In this document: positions 8,818 to 18,614 of the stretch, one piece after another
Layout of the letters: the number at the start of each line of letters is the position of its first letter
Position numbering within the stretch: position 1 is the stretch's first letter
From: a virus
Lineage: Duplodnaviria; Caudoviricetes
Length of the DNA stretch: 64,000 bases
Direction: 5' to 3' (one strand)
IMG/VR virus record: IMGVR_UViG_2880505610_000001
Coordinates: 40,773-104,772 of that record
The notes under the pieces: generated by a model
What the model saw: the letters and a program-made list of their open reading frames with translations, nothing else
Databases searched by the model: none
What the model was told of the DNA's origin: nothing
Position numbers and translations under genes: made by a program

Positions 8818-10203
8818 CTATCGTCGTTCGAGGTTCTTCAGCCGCCGGTTGACCTGAGCGGCGCGGCGCCGCGGGTCGGGCTTGGGCCCGCCGACGGTCA
8901 GCTCCAGCGCCTCTTCGCCGTTCTCTCCGATGGAGAACTGCATCTCGTACACCCTGAGCAGGTCGTTCACCTGCAGCCTGGGTGGAGATATGATCACGAC
9001 CTGGACCCAGTCGCCCAGCCAGATGTGGTCCGGCCCGTCCCACGCGTCCTGCACCAGCGTGAGAGTGTAGGTCGGTTGGACCACCTGCGATTCGGCGATC
9101 TGCCACAGCGCCCGGTCGTTCAGGGCGGGCTGCGTCGTGAGGCCGGCGTCGCCGAACACGGCGTCCCAGCGCCCTTCGGGGCGGTCGGCCAGGTCGGTGG
9201 CCTCGAGTTCTTGGGCGACGAGGGTCTCTTCGCCGGTCATCCGGATCGCGTTGGCGTAGTCGCCGACGTTGACCTCTCGGCGGGCGCCCGCGATCAGGCC
9301 GCCGTACTCGAGGACGACACCGCGGTTCACGCCGCGCTGCGGGTAGTACACGTTCACCTGCAGCGCCGAGGCCGAGTCGGCTTCGACGTCCCAGTCGAAC
9401 CCGCCGATGACCTCAGACAGTTCCTGGATCCGCTCGCCGACGGAGTCGCCGGCCTCGTATGTGCGGTCTCTCAGCACGCCTGTCGGTGTGGTGCCGGTCC
9501 AGCCCTTGGAGAGGCCCAGGCCGCCCGCGGTGTTGCCTTGGGTGGCGGAGATGAGCCCCCACACGATCTCGGCCTGGTCGGTGGCCGTGTAGGTGAGGGG
9601 GTTGGTGGAGTACAGGCGGCGCCGGTTCAGGACGGCCCGGTAGTCCAGGGCCGCCACGTCCATCTGGTGGGATGTGCTGTCAAGGGTGTCGCCAGTGTTG
9701 CCGTTCCGGCCGCGCATCACGATGCGGGTCTGTCCGGCGTCAGGCGTCCACAGCACGTGGGTGTCGGTGGTCAACTCGTCGATAGCGGCTGCCTGAGGAT
9801 GGCGGCCGTCGATGCTGTAACTGACCTCTGAGGGATCCGTCAGCCGAGCCGTGAATCTGCGTCCGCGGGCCTCGGTCAGCGCGAGCTCGTGGCCTCCTCC
9901 GGCGGGCCCGACCACGAACTGCCAGCGGATCCGCGGACGTGGAATGGACCCGATCCCGGACTGCTTGTCGCCGGTGCCGGACAGTTCTACGACACCGGTG
10001 ATGGTGGCTGTTCCGTAGGCGTTCTTTCTGCCTGTGCCGGTCAGGGTGACGGTGCCGGTGATGGTTCCCGAGCCAACGGCGTTCTTGGTTCCGGTGCCGG
10101 CCAGCATGGCTGTGCCGGTGATGACGCCCGTACCACCGGGTTGGGTCACTCGCGGCCGTGAGGTGATCGGCCGGTTCGGCTGTCCACGTCCGAGGCGGGC
10201 CAC
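8818..10203 (-). CDS. Minor tail protein (siphovirus Gp37-like hub) with Thr/Gly-rich N-terminal repeats
   Basis: Position in the tail module; GFDWDVE, LGDWVQV, RLKNLERR C-terminus. Confidence 0.8.
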   Translation of the reverse strand: MARLGRGQPNRPITSRPRVTQPGGTGVITGTAMLAGTGTKNAVGSGTITGTVTLTGTGRKNAYGTATITGVVELSGTGDKQSGIGSIPRPRIRWQFVVGPAGGGHELALTEARGRRFTARLTDPSEVSYSIDGRHPQAAAIDELTTDTHVLWTPDAGQTRIVMRGRNGNTGDTLDSTSHQMDVAALDYRAVLNRRRLYSTNPLTYTATDQAEIVWGLISATQGNTAGGLGLSKGWTGTTPTGVLRDRTYEAGDSVGERIQELSEVIGGFDWDVEADSASALQVNVYYPQRGVNRGVVLEYGGLIAGARREVNVGDYANAIRMTGEETLVAQELEATDLADRPEGRWDAVFGDAGLTTQPALNDRALWQIAESQVVQPTYTLTLVQDAWDGPDHIWLGDWVQVVIISPPRLQVNDLLRVYEMQFSIGENGEEALELTVGGPKPDPRRRAAQVNRRLKNLERR

Positions 10204-10206
10204 AGG

Positions 10207-10902
10207 TCACCACCTCGTTGCGCGGACGCCTGCGGTGCGGGGCTCGATCAGGGGCGCCGTGCGGCGGGTGATGGGGCCGGGCCAGCCGGTGTTGTTGACC
10301 TGCAGGCCGTCAAGCCAGCCTGTCCACGTCGCCGAGTTGAAGCTGCCGAACTGGACGGTGTCGCAGTTCACGCCAAGCCCGGCGGCGACAGTGCTGAGGT
10401 TTTCACTGGGGGTGGTCGAGTCCGGCGAGTTGTAGGTGCGCAACTCGACGACCGCGCCGGACGCGACGAACTGGATGTGCCACTCGATCCGGACCCACTG
10501 GCCGGTGGGGATGGCGGCGGCGGTCGCGATTTCGGCGGCGTTCCCGGCATCGCTGAGCGTCAGGACCCCGGTCGACTCGTACCGGAGCCGGGCAGCCTGG
10601 CTGCCGCCGGTCACCCAGCGGACGATGCCCGTGACACCGGAAGGCGCCGAGCTCGACCACAGGTAGAAGCGGCCCCAGGTCTCGGCCTGGGTGCCATGGC
10701 TGGCCGACGTCCACGCCACCTGCTGCGCACTCGCACCCGCGACCACCCTGTACGAGAGGGCGCCGAGCGCCTGGGTGTTGTCGAAGGTGATCGTGGGCGT
10801 GCCCACGGTGGAGTCGAAGGGGTTGCCGGAGGCGCCGCCGGAGTTGGCCGCGGACACGGTCGCGCCGTTGGTGCCGCCCTCAGCCGAGTTGTTCAGCTCC
10901 AC
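10207..10902 (-). CDS. Minor tail protein, lectin/beta-sandwich-like
   Basis: Tail module; GQWVRIEWH motif, aromatic and Ser/Thr-rich. Confidence 0.7.
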   Translation of the reverse strand: MELNNSAEGGTNGATVSAANSGGASGNPFDSTVGTPTITFDNTQALGALSYRVVAGASAQQVAWTSASHGTQAETWGRFYLWSSSAPSGVTGIVRWVTGGSQAARLRYESTGVLTLSDAGNAAEIATAAAIPTGQWVRIEWHIQFVASGAVVELRTYNSPDSTTPSENLSTVAAGLGVNCDTVQFGSFNSATWTGWLDGLQVNNTGWPGPITRRTAPLIEPRTAGVRATRW

Positions 10903-11382
10903 TCAGGCCCGTTCCCACACCAGCCCGGCGCGGACGTTCACGCCCGCCGGCGCGGTCACGCGGATCGCGAACCCCTCGGAGAACGCGCAGTCCGGGGTGT
11001 CGCCGAGCGGCCAGTCGTACACCACGATCCCGCCCGCGGGCGACACCAGCCACTCCTCCAGCGGCGTCAGCACCGTCGGTTCGCTGGTCCAGTTCTTCCC
11101 CGCGGTGACGCCGTGAGTCTGGGCGCGGCCGTACAGCTGAGCGACCGCCGAGGTGAGCGTGGTGTTGTTGGTGCCCATCGTGCCGTTGGTCGCCCACGTG
11201 CAGTAACACACCTCGACCAGCGCGGGCACGGCCGTGGCCGTCGTCCCGTCGAAGGACACGCGGACCTTCTTCAGGTCGAGCCCGAACGCGGCGTTGGCGC
11301 GGACGCCGAGGACGGTCTTGGCCGCGCCGCCGGTGAGAGCGACCGCGCCGCCGGTGGTGACGGTGTATCCGGCCTTGGCCAT
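10903..11382 (-). CDS. Tail-associated hypothetical protein
   Basis: MAKAGYTVTTGG..., beta-rich, coupled to its neighbours. Confidence 0.7.
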   Translation of the reverse strand: MAKAGYTVTTGGAVALTGGAAKTVLGVRANAAFGLDLKKVRVSFDGTTATAVPALVEVCYCTWATNGTMGTNNTTLTSAVAQLYGRAQTHGVTAGKNWTSEPTVLTPLEEWLVSPAGGIVVYDWPLGDTPDCAFSEGFAIRVTAPAGVNVRAGLVWERA

Positions 11383-11687
11383 CAGTCGCTCACCCGGACT
11401 CCGGCCAGGTCGTCCCAGGAAGAGTTGACCGTGAACTGGATGGCGTCGTCGGGGCTCTCGCCGGTGACCGCCGGGTTGGCCGCGACCGCCCATGTGAACC
11501 GGTCGACGAACATTGCCGAGCCGGTCAGGACGTCGTAGGCCAGGGCCTGCCTCTTGCCCGCAGTGGCATCGCTCATGCCGTCGGGGGCCTCGCCCATGAT
11601 GTCCTTGGCCGCGGTCACGATCGCCATGCGGACCCGGTTCCGGAACGCCGGGTCCTCGGCAAGGGCGGCCTGGTCAGCAAATGCCAC
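11382..11687 (-). CDS. Tail-associated hypothetical protein
   Basis: GTG start after AGGAG; MAFADQAALAEDPAFRNRV...QFTVNSSWDDLAGV. Confidence 0.7.
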   Translation of the reverse strand: MAFADQAALAEDPAFRNRVRMAIVTAAKDIMGEAPDGMSDATAGKRQALAYDVLTGSAMFVDRFTWAVAANPAVTGESPDDAIQFTVNSSWDDLAGVRVSD

Positions 11688-11698
11688 ATCGGCTCCTG

Positions 11699-12046
11699 TC
11701 AGGTGAGGGTCGCGGTGAGGTTGAGCGTGTAGGTGCCCTGCGCCCCGAAGGACTCGACGGTGGTGGTGCCGCCGCCGCGGAAGGTTCCGCCCGAGGCCCC
11801 GGTCCATGTCCCGCAGTGCGTGACGGTGGTGCCGGCGGGCACGTCGAACGTCACGCTCGCGGTGACGGTCTTGGATCCCGCCGAGGACGGGTTCCACGTG
11901 ATCGCCTTCCTGGCGTACGCGGGGGAACCGCCCGTCACCTCGTTAGCACCGGTCGTCCCAGGGTCGGCAGTGTGAAGGCTGGCGTGGGTCGCCAACGTGT
12001 CGAGGTCGTCGAGGAAGTCGTCACGGGTTGCTGCGGTGAACGGCAT
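11699..12046 (-). CDS. Small tail-fibre-associated protein
   Basis: SLHTADPGTTGANEVTGGSPAYARKAITW motif. Confidence 0.75.
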   Translation of the reverse strand: MPFTAATRDDFLDDLDTLATHASLHTADPGTTGANEVTGGSPAYARKAITWNPSSAGSKTVTASVTFDVPAGTTVTHCGTWTGASGGTFRGGGTTTVESFGAQGTYTLNLTATLT

Positions 12047-12047
12047 G

Positions 12048-13118
12048 TCAGGCCGCCTCGTAGGTGATCGTGATCGAGAGCTGGTCGTTGTTCGCCCAGG
12101 CGAACGGGCCGCTCGAGCCCCACAGGGTGTTCTCGGTGACGATCTCCACGGCCGTCCAGGAGGTCGCCGAGCGGATCCGGCAGATGCCGTCCCTCACGTT
12201 GTTCGCGCTGGCGTCGAAGGTCTCCGCGCTGCCGATGTGCTCGCCAACACTCAACGCCTTGGCGGCGACGGGCAGGGACACCATGTAGACGCCGGACCCG
12301 CCGGACGCCCCGCTAGTGCCGGCCTTGATGTTCGCCCGTACCGTGACCATGGGCCCGTACCGGATGTAGGCGCCCTCCCGCAGCGCGCCGGTACCGAGCG
12401 CAGGGGTGGAGGTCACCGCAGTCAGGGCGGGTGTGTACGTCGTCCACGCCGCGCCGCCACCGTTCCGCCGGGGGATCTCGAACCAGGACCCGCCGTTGGC
12501 CATCTCGTAGGTGGTGCGGTCGGTCCGGTAGATCAGCTCCGAGTCGTACCCTGCCGGCGGCCGGGTACTGTCCGATCCCACGAGCGGGTACTTCGAGCTG
12601 ATCAGCGCAGCGCTGAGCCGGGTGTCGGTGATATTGCCGTCCTGCACGCTCGACTGCCCCGCCGCCACGCTCACCGTCGCCAGCGAGATCGCCGACGCCG
12701 GGACGGCTGGCGTGCCGGAACCGCTGTCCTCCAGCACCTCCAACGTCCACTCGTAGGTCGACCACGAGCCGTTGTGAAGTTTGTCCTTCACCCGCGCCAC
12801 CACCCGGTGCGTCCGGGACCCGGTGCCCGGCGGTGACGGCACCGTCAGGTTCTCCACGGCGGTGGACTGGCACATGTAGTAGCCCTGGTTGGACACGTCG
12901 TCGCCGACGATCGCGCAGCGTCCGGGGGCGATGTCGACCGAGAAGTTCGCTCCAGCCGCCCGCTGAGTCACCTTCAGTGCGCCGTACACCACGTCCGGGG
13001 CGACGATGCCTTCCTGATGCATGAGGCCCGACAGCAGGTCACGGTTGTCCAGAGCGCTGTAGCTGAAGGTCGAGTCGCCCCCGCCAGCCTGCATGTAGAG
13101 CGGGCGCTTCAGAGTCAC
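12048..13118 (-). CDS. Minor tail / receptor-binding protein
   Basis: LKVTQRAAGANFSVDIAPG, PAVPASAISLATVSV, C-terminal fibre head WTTYTP...YIRYG.MV; GTG start after GGAGG. Confidence 0.8.
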   Translation of the reverse strand: MTLKRPLYMQAGGGDSTFSYSALDNRDLLSGLMHQEGIVAPDVVYGALKVTQRAAGANFSVDIAPGRCAIVGDDVSNQGYYMCQSTAVENLTVPSPPGTGSRTHRVVARVKDKLHNGSWSTYEWTLEVLEDSGSGTPAVPASAISLATVSVAAGQSSVQDGNITDTRLSAALISSKYPLVGSDSTRPPAGYDSELIYRTDRTTYEMANGGSWFEIPRRNGGGAAWTTYTPALTAVTSTPALGTGALREGAYIRYGPMVTVRANIKAGTSGASGGSGVYMVSLPVAAKALSVGEHIGSAETFDASANNVRDGICRIRSATSWTAVEIVTENTLWGSSGPFAWANNDQLSITITYEAA

Positions 13119-13149
13119 AGTCAGCCTCCAGAGCAGGGTGAAGGGAGAG

Positions 13150-14016
13150 TCACAGCCACGTGGAGCGGTACTCGATCGCGGCGACCGCACCACCAGCGGC
13201 AGATAGGGGCGCGTAGCGGATCAGCTGGTCACCCGGTTCGATCCGCCACCAGCTGGTGGTGGCGAAGTCCAGGTAGTTCAGCCGGGAGGCGGTACTCATT
13301 GACAGCAGGTACGCCGTCCGGTCGCGGGTGTCGATCTCGACGTACTCGCCGGCGCCAAGGGTCAGGGCCTCGGTAAACACGATCTGCTCGCCGGTGGTCT
13401 CGTTGATCAGCCGCGGCCCCGAGCAAGGTCCGTACAGGCGGGCGATGAAGTGTGACGGGACCGACCCGAGATTGCTCACCTCGCTCGCTCCCGTCGAGGT
13501 TGTCGCGTCCCAGGTGATCGGGAAGGTGATCGGGAACGTCAGCCCGACTGTGGTTGGAACGTCGGCGCTGATCTCAGGCAGGGTGGTCAGCTCTGCCGCC
13601 TCCCAGACGCCGTCCGGGGCACGCCATTGCAGTTGGACCTCGCGGGCCTGGGAAGCGACGTAGCCGGTGTAGGGCTCCGACCACTGGTCCACCCGCAGCC
13701 TGATGCGCCGTTCCTGCGCCCACCCGGTGTCCGTGACGTACAGGTAGGGGCGTGACCTCGGGTGCAGGAACGACTTCATCTGGTCGATGACCTGTTCGCA
13801 CTCGAAGATCTCGTCCTTGAGGACCACCACGTCCAGTGACACCGCGCGGCTCCCGAACAGCAGGGTGGTGTCGCGTTCACCGTCGTCGTCCACGCGGCTT
13901 TCGCTGACGTCGCGGATCGCCGGCGAGGACACCTGCAGCGATTGCGGGAGGATGTGCCGGGACGGGTGGAGGATCAGCTCTCTTGCCCCGTCGACCAGCC
14001 GGACTCCCGTCTTCAC
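13150..14016 (-). CDS. Distal tail protein (Dit)
   Basis: Follows the tape measure gene; GLTFPITFPITW, NLGSVPS, IDTRDRT, WWRIEPG. Confidence 0.85.
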   Translation of the reverse strand: MKTGVRLVDGARELILHPSRHILPQSLQVSSPAIRDVSESRVDDDGERDTTLLFGSRAVSLDVVVLKDEIFECEQVIDQMKSFLHPRSRPYLYVTDTGWAQERRIRLRVDQWSEPYTGYVASQAREVQLQWRAPDGVWEAAELTTLPEISADVPTTVGLTFPITFPITWDATTSTGASEVSNLGSVPSHFIARLYGPCSGPRLINETTGEQIVFTEALTLGAGEYVEIDTRDRTAYLLSMSTASRLNYLDFATTSWWRIEPGDQLIRYAPLSAAGGAVAAIEYRSTWL

Positions 14017-14029
14017 CCGCGGCCCCCCT

Positions 14030-17000
14030 TTACTCGCCGAAGGTGGACGCCCGGGCGGCGAAGTCCAGCCGCTGCGCCACCGAGTCGACGTCGACGGTGT
14101 CGTGGATGTGCTGGTGCTCGACGTTCATCAGCGTCCCGATCCGCGGGCCGTCGCCGCCCCGGGTGCTGCCGGAGAGCTTGGACCACTGCGCGTCGGTGAA
14201 GACGGGCTCGGGGGCGCCGGTGCCGTTGTAGACCAGGCTCGTGCCGGTCGGCAGCCAGCCTCCTGAGTCGAACGTCAGCGTCCCCTTCGCCAGCTCGCGG
14301 TACATGCTGGTCAGAGGGGCGGTCCGGTCGGCAGGGTCGAAGTTGCGCTGCCCGAACACCTTCGGGTCGATGACGCCGCCGAGCGCGAACCCCGGCCGCA
14401 GCACCGTCGCGGGGTTGGAGCGGGTGCCGCGCTTGACCCTGGGGCCTTCGTTACCTCCGATGGTGCGGTACGTCGACCCGCCGAGCGGCTTCTCGATCAG
14501 GTTGACGTGGCTGTTGGACCCATACGTTGCCAGGTCCCCAGGCCGGCCTGCGGAGGTGGAGATGTGCTTCATGCGGGCGTTGAACGTCGCCACCGCAGCG
14601 GTCGGGTAGCCGGGGTAGAACTTCCCGGCCTTGGCGTCCTTCACCGCCGTGGAAACGAACAACGCGCACCAGGGCGTACCCGCGGGCCACCCCCATTGGC
14701 GGGTGAACCGGTTGTTGTTGTCCATGCCGCGGTCGTCGCCGACACCGATGTACCGGCGGGCCGCAGCGACCACGCCCTTGGCGTCCCCGCCGATCTTCGC
14801 CTCGAGCGGACCGAAATAGGTCATGATCTTGCTGATGAGGGCGTGCGGGATCGCCGAGACCAGCTTCCCGAACGCGCCCATTCCGCCGGTGGTCTTGTCC
14901 GACAGCGCCAGCAGCGGCCCGAACACACGCTGCGCGGACTTCTTCAGCCCGTCAGCGAACAGGCCCTTGGCGGCGTTCTTGAACTTGTCGACCACGCCAC
15001 CAAGGAAGAAGTTGCCGCCGAACGCCCCGGTCATGAACCTGGCGGCGGCGCCGACTCCGCCGCGGCGTGCAGCAGCGTTGGCCGCGTCCACGAACCCGGG
15101 CCCGACCGCTCGTGTCCACTCCGGCCGCATGATGGCCTCGCCGCCGGATACCCCGATGAGGCCGATGTCGCGGCCAGGGGTGTAGCCCGGGTAGATGCCG
15201 CCGGTGTTGAACCCGCGGATCGGGTCGAGCCTCCCCACGCCCGGGACCAGCGCGGCCACAGCGTTCCAGACACCGACGATGCCCTTGTTGAACACGGTGT
15301 TGACCACGAACGAGACGGGTGCCTTGGCCGCGTCCTTCAGCTTGTCCCAGGCTTTACGGATCGCGTCGACGCCGACCTTGAACGCCCTGCCCAGCTTCCC
15401 CACCGCCGACTTGATCCCATCGAAGGTGGGGCGGATGAAGGTGTTCCACACGTACCGGATGGAGGATCCGATCGCGTTCCACACCGGCCGGATGATCGTG
15501 TTGTACAGCCACCTCACCGCCGGAGCGACGTAGGTGCGCATCACGGTCACGAACATGTTCAGCACAGGCCGGATGAACGTGTTGTAGGCCCATCGGATGA
15601 CCGTGGCGATGCCGCGGAACGCTGGCGCGATTACCGAGCTCCACAGCCACTTGACGATCCCAGCGACGATCTTGAACTGGAGGATCAGCGGCGCGATCAG
15701 CACCACAGCAATGAACGAATACAGCCACCGGGCAACGGTGGCGATGCCACGGAACGCCGGGGCGATCGCGTTGCTCCACAGCCACTGCGCCCACCGACCC
15801 ACCGTCTGAAGGGCAACCCAGATGCCGTGGAAGATCGGCTGGATGACGCTCGAGACCCATGTCACCACGGAAACCATCAGCCGGAACACGGGCAGGAGCA
15901 GCCCCACCACGACCTGCCAGTACCGCATCACGATGGTGATCGCCAACCGCAGCACCGGGACCAGGTAGCCGACAAGCACGGCAACGAGTTGCACGAGCGG
16001 CGGGATCACCGGAGCGATGGCCAGCACAAGCTGGGAGAACATCGGCAAGATCGGTGTCAGAGCCGGCAGCAGCGACGCCACCGCCAGCACGATCTGCTGC
16101 AGAGCCGGCAGTGAGGCCACCAGAGCGGACACCAGAGCGCCACCGATCTCGACCGCGGTCTGGGCGATCAAGTTGATGATCGGGGTCAGGATCGGCAGCA
16201 GACCTTGCGCCAGTTGCGCAATAGCCAGGCCCAGCGGAACCAGGATCGGTGTCAACGCCCCAACGACCCGGCCGAACGCGGCTACCAGGACGTTCACCAA
16301 CGGGATGAGCGCCATCACCACCGGATGGAGGCCCTGAAGAAGCTGCGCGACGATCCCACCGATGATGGGGAGGATCGGTGCTAGAGCCCGGCCGATCGCG
16401 CCGACCGCCTGGAAGAACGCGGTCATCGCCTGCTGCGCTGCCGCGGTCTTCAGGAATGCGTTGAGCTGGTTCAGCATCGGGCCCAGCACGCCGAAAAGAC
16501 CCGACCCTGCGGCGCGTGCAGCGGTGAAGATGCTGTTAATGACCCCGCCCAGATCGACCAGCAGCGCACCAACCTGCTGAACGACGGCAAGGCCCGCGTT
16601 AATGATCTGCGTGACGCGCCCGGAGGCGGCCAGATTCGACATCCACTGCCCGAACCTGGTGGCCACATCCGCTGCGCCGCCAGCGAGCCGCTCCATGGAC
16701 GAGGTACCTGCCGAGGCCATGTCCCGCAGTCCGCGAAGCACCGGATTGATCGCGGGCACCAGCGACCGCACCGAGGCGCGCAGCGCCCCAAAAACCGTGT
16801 TCAGCGCCCTGACGCTCTGCGACTCCCGAGCAAACACCAGGGCCTGACGGGCGGCAGCACCGTACTCGGTCGCCAGGCCACGAACCCCTGCTCGCAGGGG
16901 GCCGGTGAGCACCTGCGCGGTGCTGCGCAACTGGCCCGTCAGCTTTGCGAAGAACGCGTCCTGGGCGGCGTGGCGTATGCCCACCAGTTCCGGTCGGAGG

Positions 17001-17722
17001 GCCCGAAGTTCCCGTGCTGCCGCTTGAGCAGCTGGCGACAAACCCTCAAGAGACTTCTCGAACTTCTCAGCGTCCTCACCGAGAGCCGCCTTGAACGCGT
17101 CGCCAACCCCGGACAATGCCAGCTTGAGAGTCCCAACGGCGGCGACCGTGCCCCCGATCACGGCAGGGAGCGCGGCCGTCAGACCGATGACCGGGGCAAG
17201 GTTCGCGGCTAGCTGGATCAACCCTGCGCCGGCACCGATCGCTGCCGCAGCCAACGCCGGGAGCGGCAGCCCCAGGATGCCGCGGCGAAGCCCGCCGAGG
17301 CTGGAAGAGGCGCTGGTGGCGCTCCCACTCAGGCGCAGCAGGCTGGTGATACTGCGATCAGCGTCGGTGCGGACGTTGATCGTGATCGTGCGCTGATCCA
17401 GCCTTCGCAGTATCTGCTCGAGCGCGACCAGTTCAGCCGGGGTGTTGCCGAAATCGATGGTGACGCGGGCCTGGACGTGACGGCCGTCGATCTCCTCCAG
17501 GGCTTTCTTCAGCCTCGTCAACCGGGCCAGAGCCTGGCCCATGTCGACGCGGATGCGGACCGGCTTGATCTCCTTCTCGATGCCTTCCTGGATCCGCTTG
17601 CCAGCCTCCCTCCCGATCCTGGAGGCATCAGGGAGGATCTGCGCGCGCACCCTCGATGCAAAGTCACGCACCGATGGCACGACGTCGACCGAGACCGACC
17701 CGACACTGATGGAGGCCACCAC
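14030..17722 (-). CDS. Tape measure protein with C-terminal CHAP peptidoglycan hydrolase
   Basis: 1230 aa, Ala/Leu-rich with periodic Trp repeats; PWCALFV...PGDL...HVNLI...TIGGN; FDSGGWLPTG..YNGTGAPE. Confidence 0.93.
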   Translation of the reverse strand: MVASISVGSVSVDVVPSVRDFASRVRAQILPDASRIGREAGKRIQEGIEKEIKPVRIRVDMGQALARLTRLKKALEEIDGRHVQARVTIDFGNTPAELVALEQILRRLDQRTITINVRTDADRSITSLLRLSGSATSASSSLGGLRRGILGLPLPALAAAAIGAGAGLIQLAANLAPVIGLTAALPAVIGGTVAAVGTLKLALSGVGDAFKAALGEDAEKFEKSLEGLSPAAQAAARELRALRPELVGIRHAAQDAFFAKLTGQLRSTAQVLTGPLRAGVRGLATEYGAAARQALVFARESQSVRALNTVFGALRASVRSLVPAINPVLRGLRDMASAGTSSMERLAGGAADVATRFGQWMSNLAASGRVTQIINAGLAVVQQVGALLVDLGGVINSIFTAARAAGSGLFGVLGPMLNQLNAFLKTAAAQQAMTAFFQAVGAIGRALAPILPIIGGIVAQLLQGLHPVVMALIPLVNVLVAAFGRVVGALTPILVPLGLAIAQLAQGLLPILTPIINLIAQTAVEIGGALVSALVASLPALQQIVLAVASLLPALTPILPMFSQLVLAIAPVIPPLVQLVAVLVGYLVPVLRLAITIVMRYWQVVVGLLLPVFRLMVSVVTWVSSVIQPIFHGIWVALQTVGRWAQWLWSNAIAPAFRGIATVARWLYSFIAVVLIAPLILQFKIVAGIVKWLWSSVIAPAFRGIATVIRWAYNTFIRPVLNMFVTVMRTYVAPAVRWLYNTIIRPVWNAIGSSIRYVWNTFIRPTFDGIKSAVGKLGRAFKVGVDAIRKAWDKLKDAAKAPVSFVVNTVFNKGIVGVWNAVAALVPGVGRLDPIRGFNTGGIYPGYTPGRDIGLIGVSGGEAIMRPEWTRAVGPGFVDAANAAARRGGVGAAARFMTGAFGGNFFLGGVVDKFKNAAKGLFADGLKKSAQRVFGPLLALSDKTTGGMGAFGKLVSAIPHALISKIMTYFGPLEAKIGGDAKGVVAAARRYIGVGDDRGMDNNNRFTRQWGWPAGTPWCALFVSTAVKDAKAGKFYPGYPTAAVATFNARMKHISTSAGRPGDLATYGSNSHVNLIEKPLGGSTYRTIGGNEGPRVKRGTRSNPATVLRPGFALGGVIDPKVFGQRNFDPADRTAPLTSMYRELAKGTLTFDSGGWLPTGTSLVYNGTGAPEPVFTDAQWSKLSGSTRGGDGPRIGTLMNVEHQHIHDTVDVDSVAQRLDFAARASTFGE

Positions 17723-17743
17723 CGCACCTCCTCGGCTGGTCGA

Positions 17744-18537
17744 TCAGCTGGCGGGCGGTAGTGGTGGAGCGGCGCCATTCATGTGGGCGATGAGCCACTC
17801 GGCCGTCTCTGGCGGCATCACCGGGCGGGGGGGTTTACGGCCCACGCCAGGCCGCGGAGTCGGCTCAGGCTGTTTGGGTTTTTTATCGCCCTTGCCGAGC
17901 CGGGACACCGCAGCCTCCCAGCGGGCATAGCGGGTCTCGTCAAGCAGCATCGCGACCAGCAGTTCGAGCTGGGACCACTGCCCATCGGCCGGGTCAGCGT
18001 CGCTGTCGCTCACCTTGTCAGGGTGGTTGACGCGGAGCGCGGTCATCGTCGCGCTCTCCGGCGGAAGGAAACGGAGTAGGTTCCGCAGCCGCCGCCATGT
18101 CAACTGTGAACGGCCCCCGCCGGGGCGCCACAGGTCCCGCAGGTCAGTGGAGTAGTACCGCTGAAGGTCGGCCTCTACCTGCGCCGCCGCTTCTTCGAGG
18201 AGCGCGGTGAGGCCTGCGATTCCCCCGTCCGGATCCCGTAGTGCTTCTGCGCGCCCTCCACGATCGCGTTGAGCTTGCGGTTGGAGACCGTCTGCTCGCA
18301 GAACCGCTCGTAGTCCTCGTCACCGAGGAGCTCGCGGATGAACGCGCGCAGGCCGCCCGGTGAGTCGGTGTCGGCGGTGGCCTGCCAGTCCGCTTCATCC
18401 GGTGAGATCGCGGTGAACACCTCACCGCCGACGCGGAAGGTGAACGTGGCTTCGGTGGCCTCGTCCTCCATCGCGTCCAGGTCCAGGTGGACCACGGGTT
18501 CACCGTCCTCGGTGATGATCCTGGGTGCAGCGGTCAT
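17744..18537 (-). CDS. Tail assembly chaperone, long form (-1 programmed frameshift at GGGGGAA, 18226-18220)
   Basis: The -1 frame reads GIAGLTALLEEAAAQVEADLQRYYSTDLRDLW...LTWRRL and is in frame with ORF 17744-18103. Confidence 0.85.
18175..18537 (-). CDS. Tail assembly chaperone, short form
   Basis: Lies between tail tube and tape measure genes; ends ...GESQASPRSSKKRRRR. Confidence 0.85.
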   Translation of the reverse strand: MTAAPRIITEDGEPVVHLDLDAMEDEATEATFTFRVGGEVFTAISPDEADWQATADTDSPGGLRAFIRELLGDEDYERFCEQTVSNRKLNAIVEGAQKHYGIRTGESQASPRSSKKRRRR

Positions 18538-18614
18538 GGGCTCCCCTCAGTGGAGTGGGTTGATGGTCATGGAAGAGCAGCCGGTCGACTGTCGGCCGCC
18601 TGGGGGCGTGCCGG

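Noticed and set aside
7011-13118. Diversity-generating retroelement or invertible tail-fibre cassette
   Set aside because: No reverse transcriptase, no template/variable repeat pair and no invertase or inverted gene copies seen
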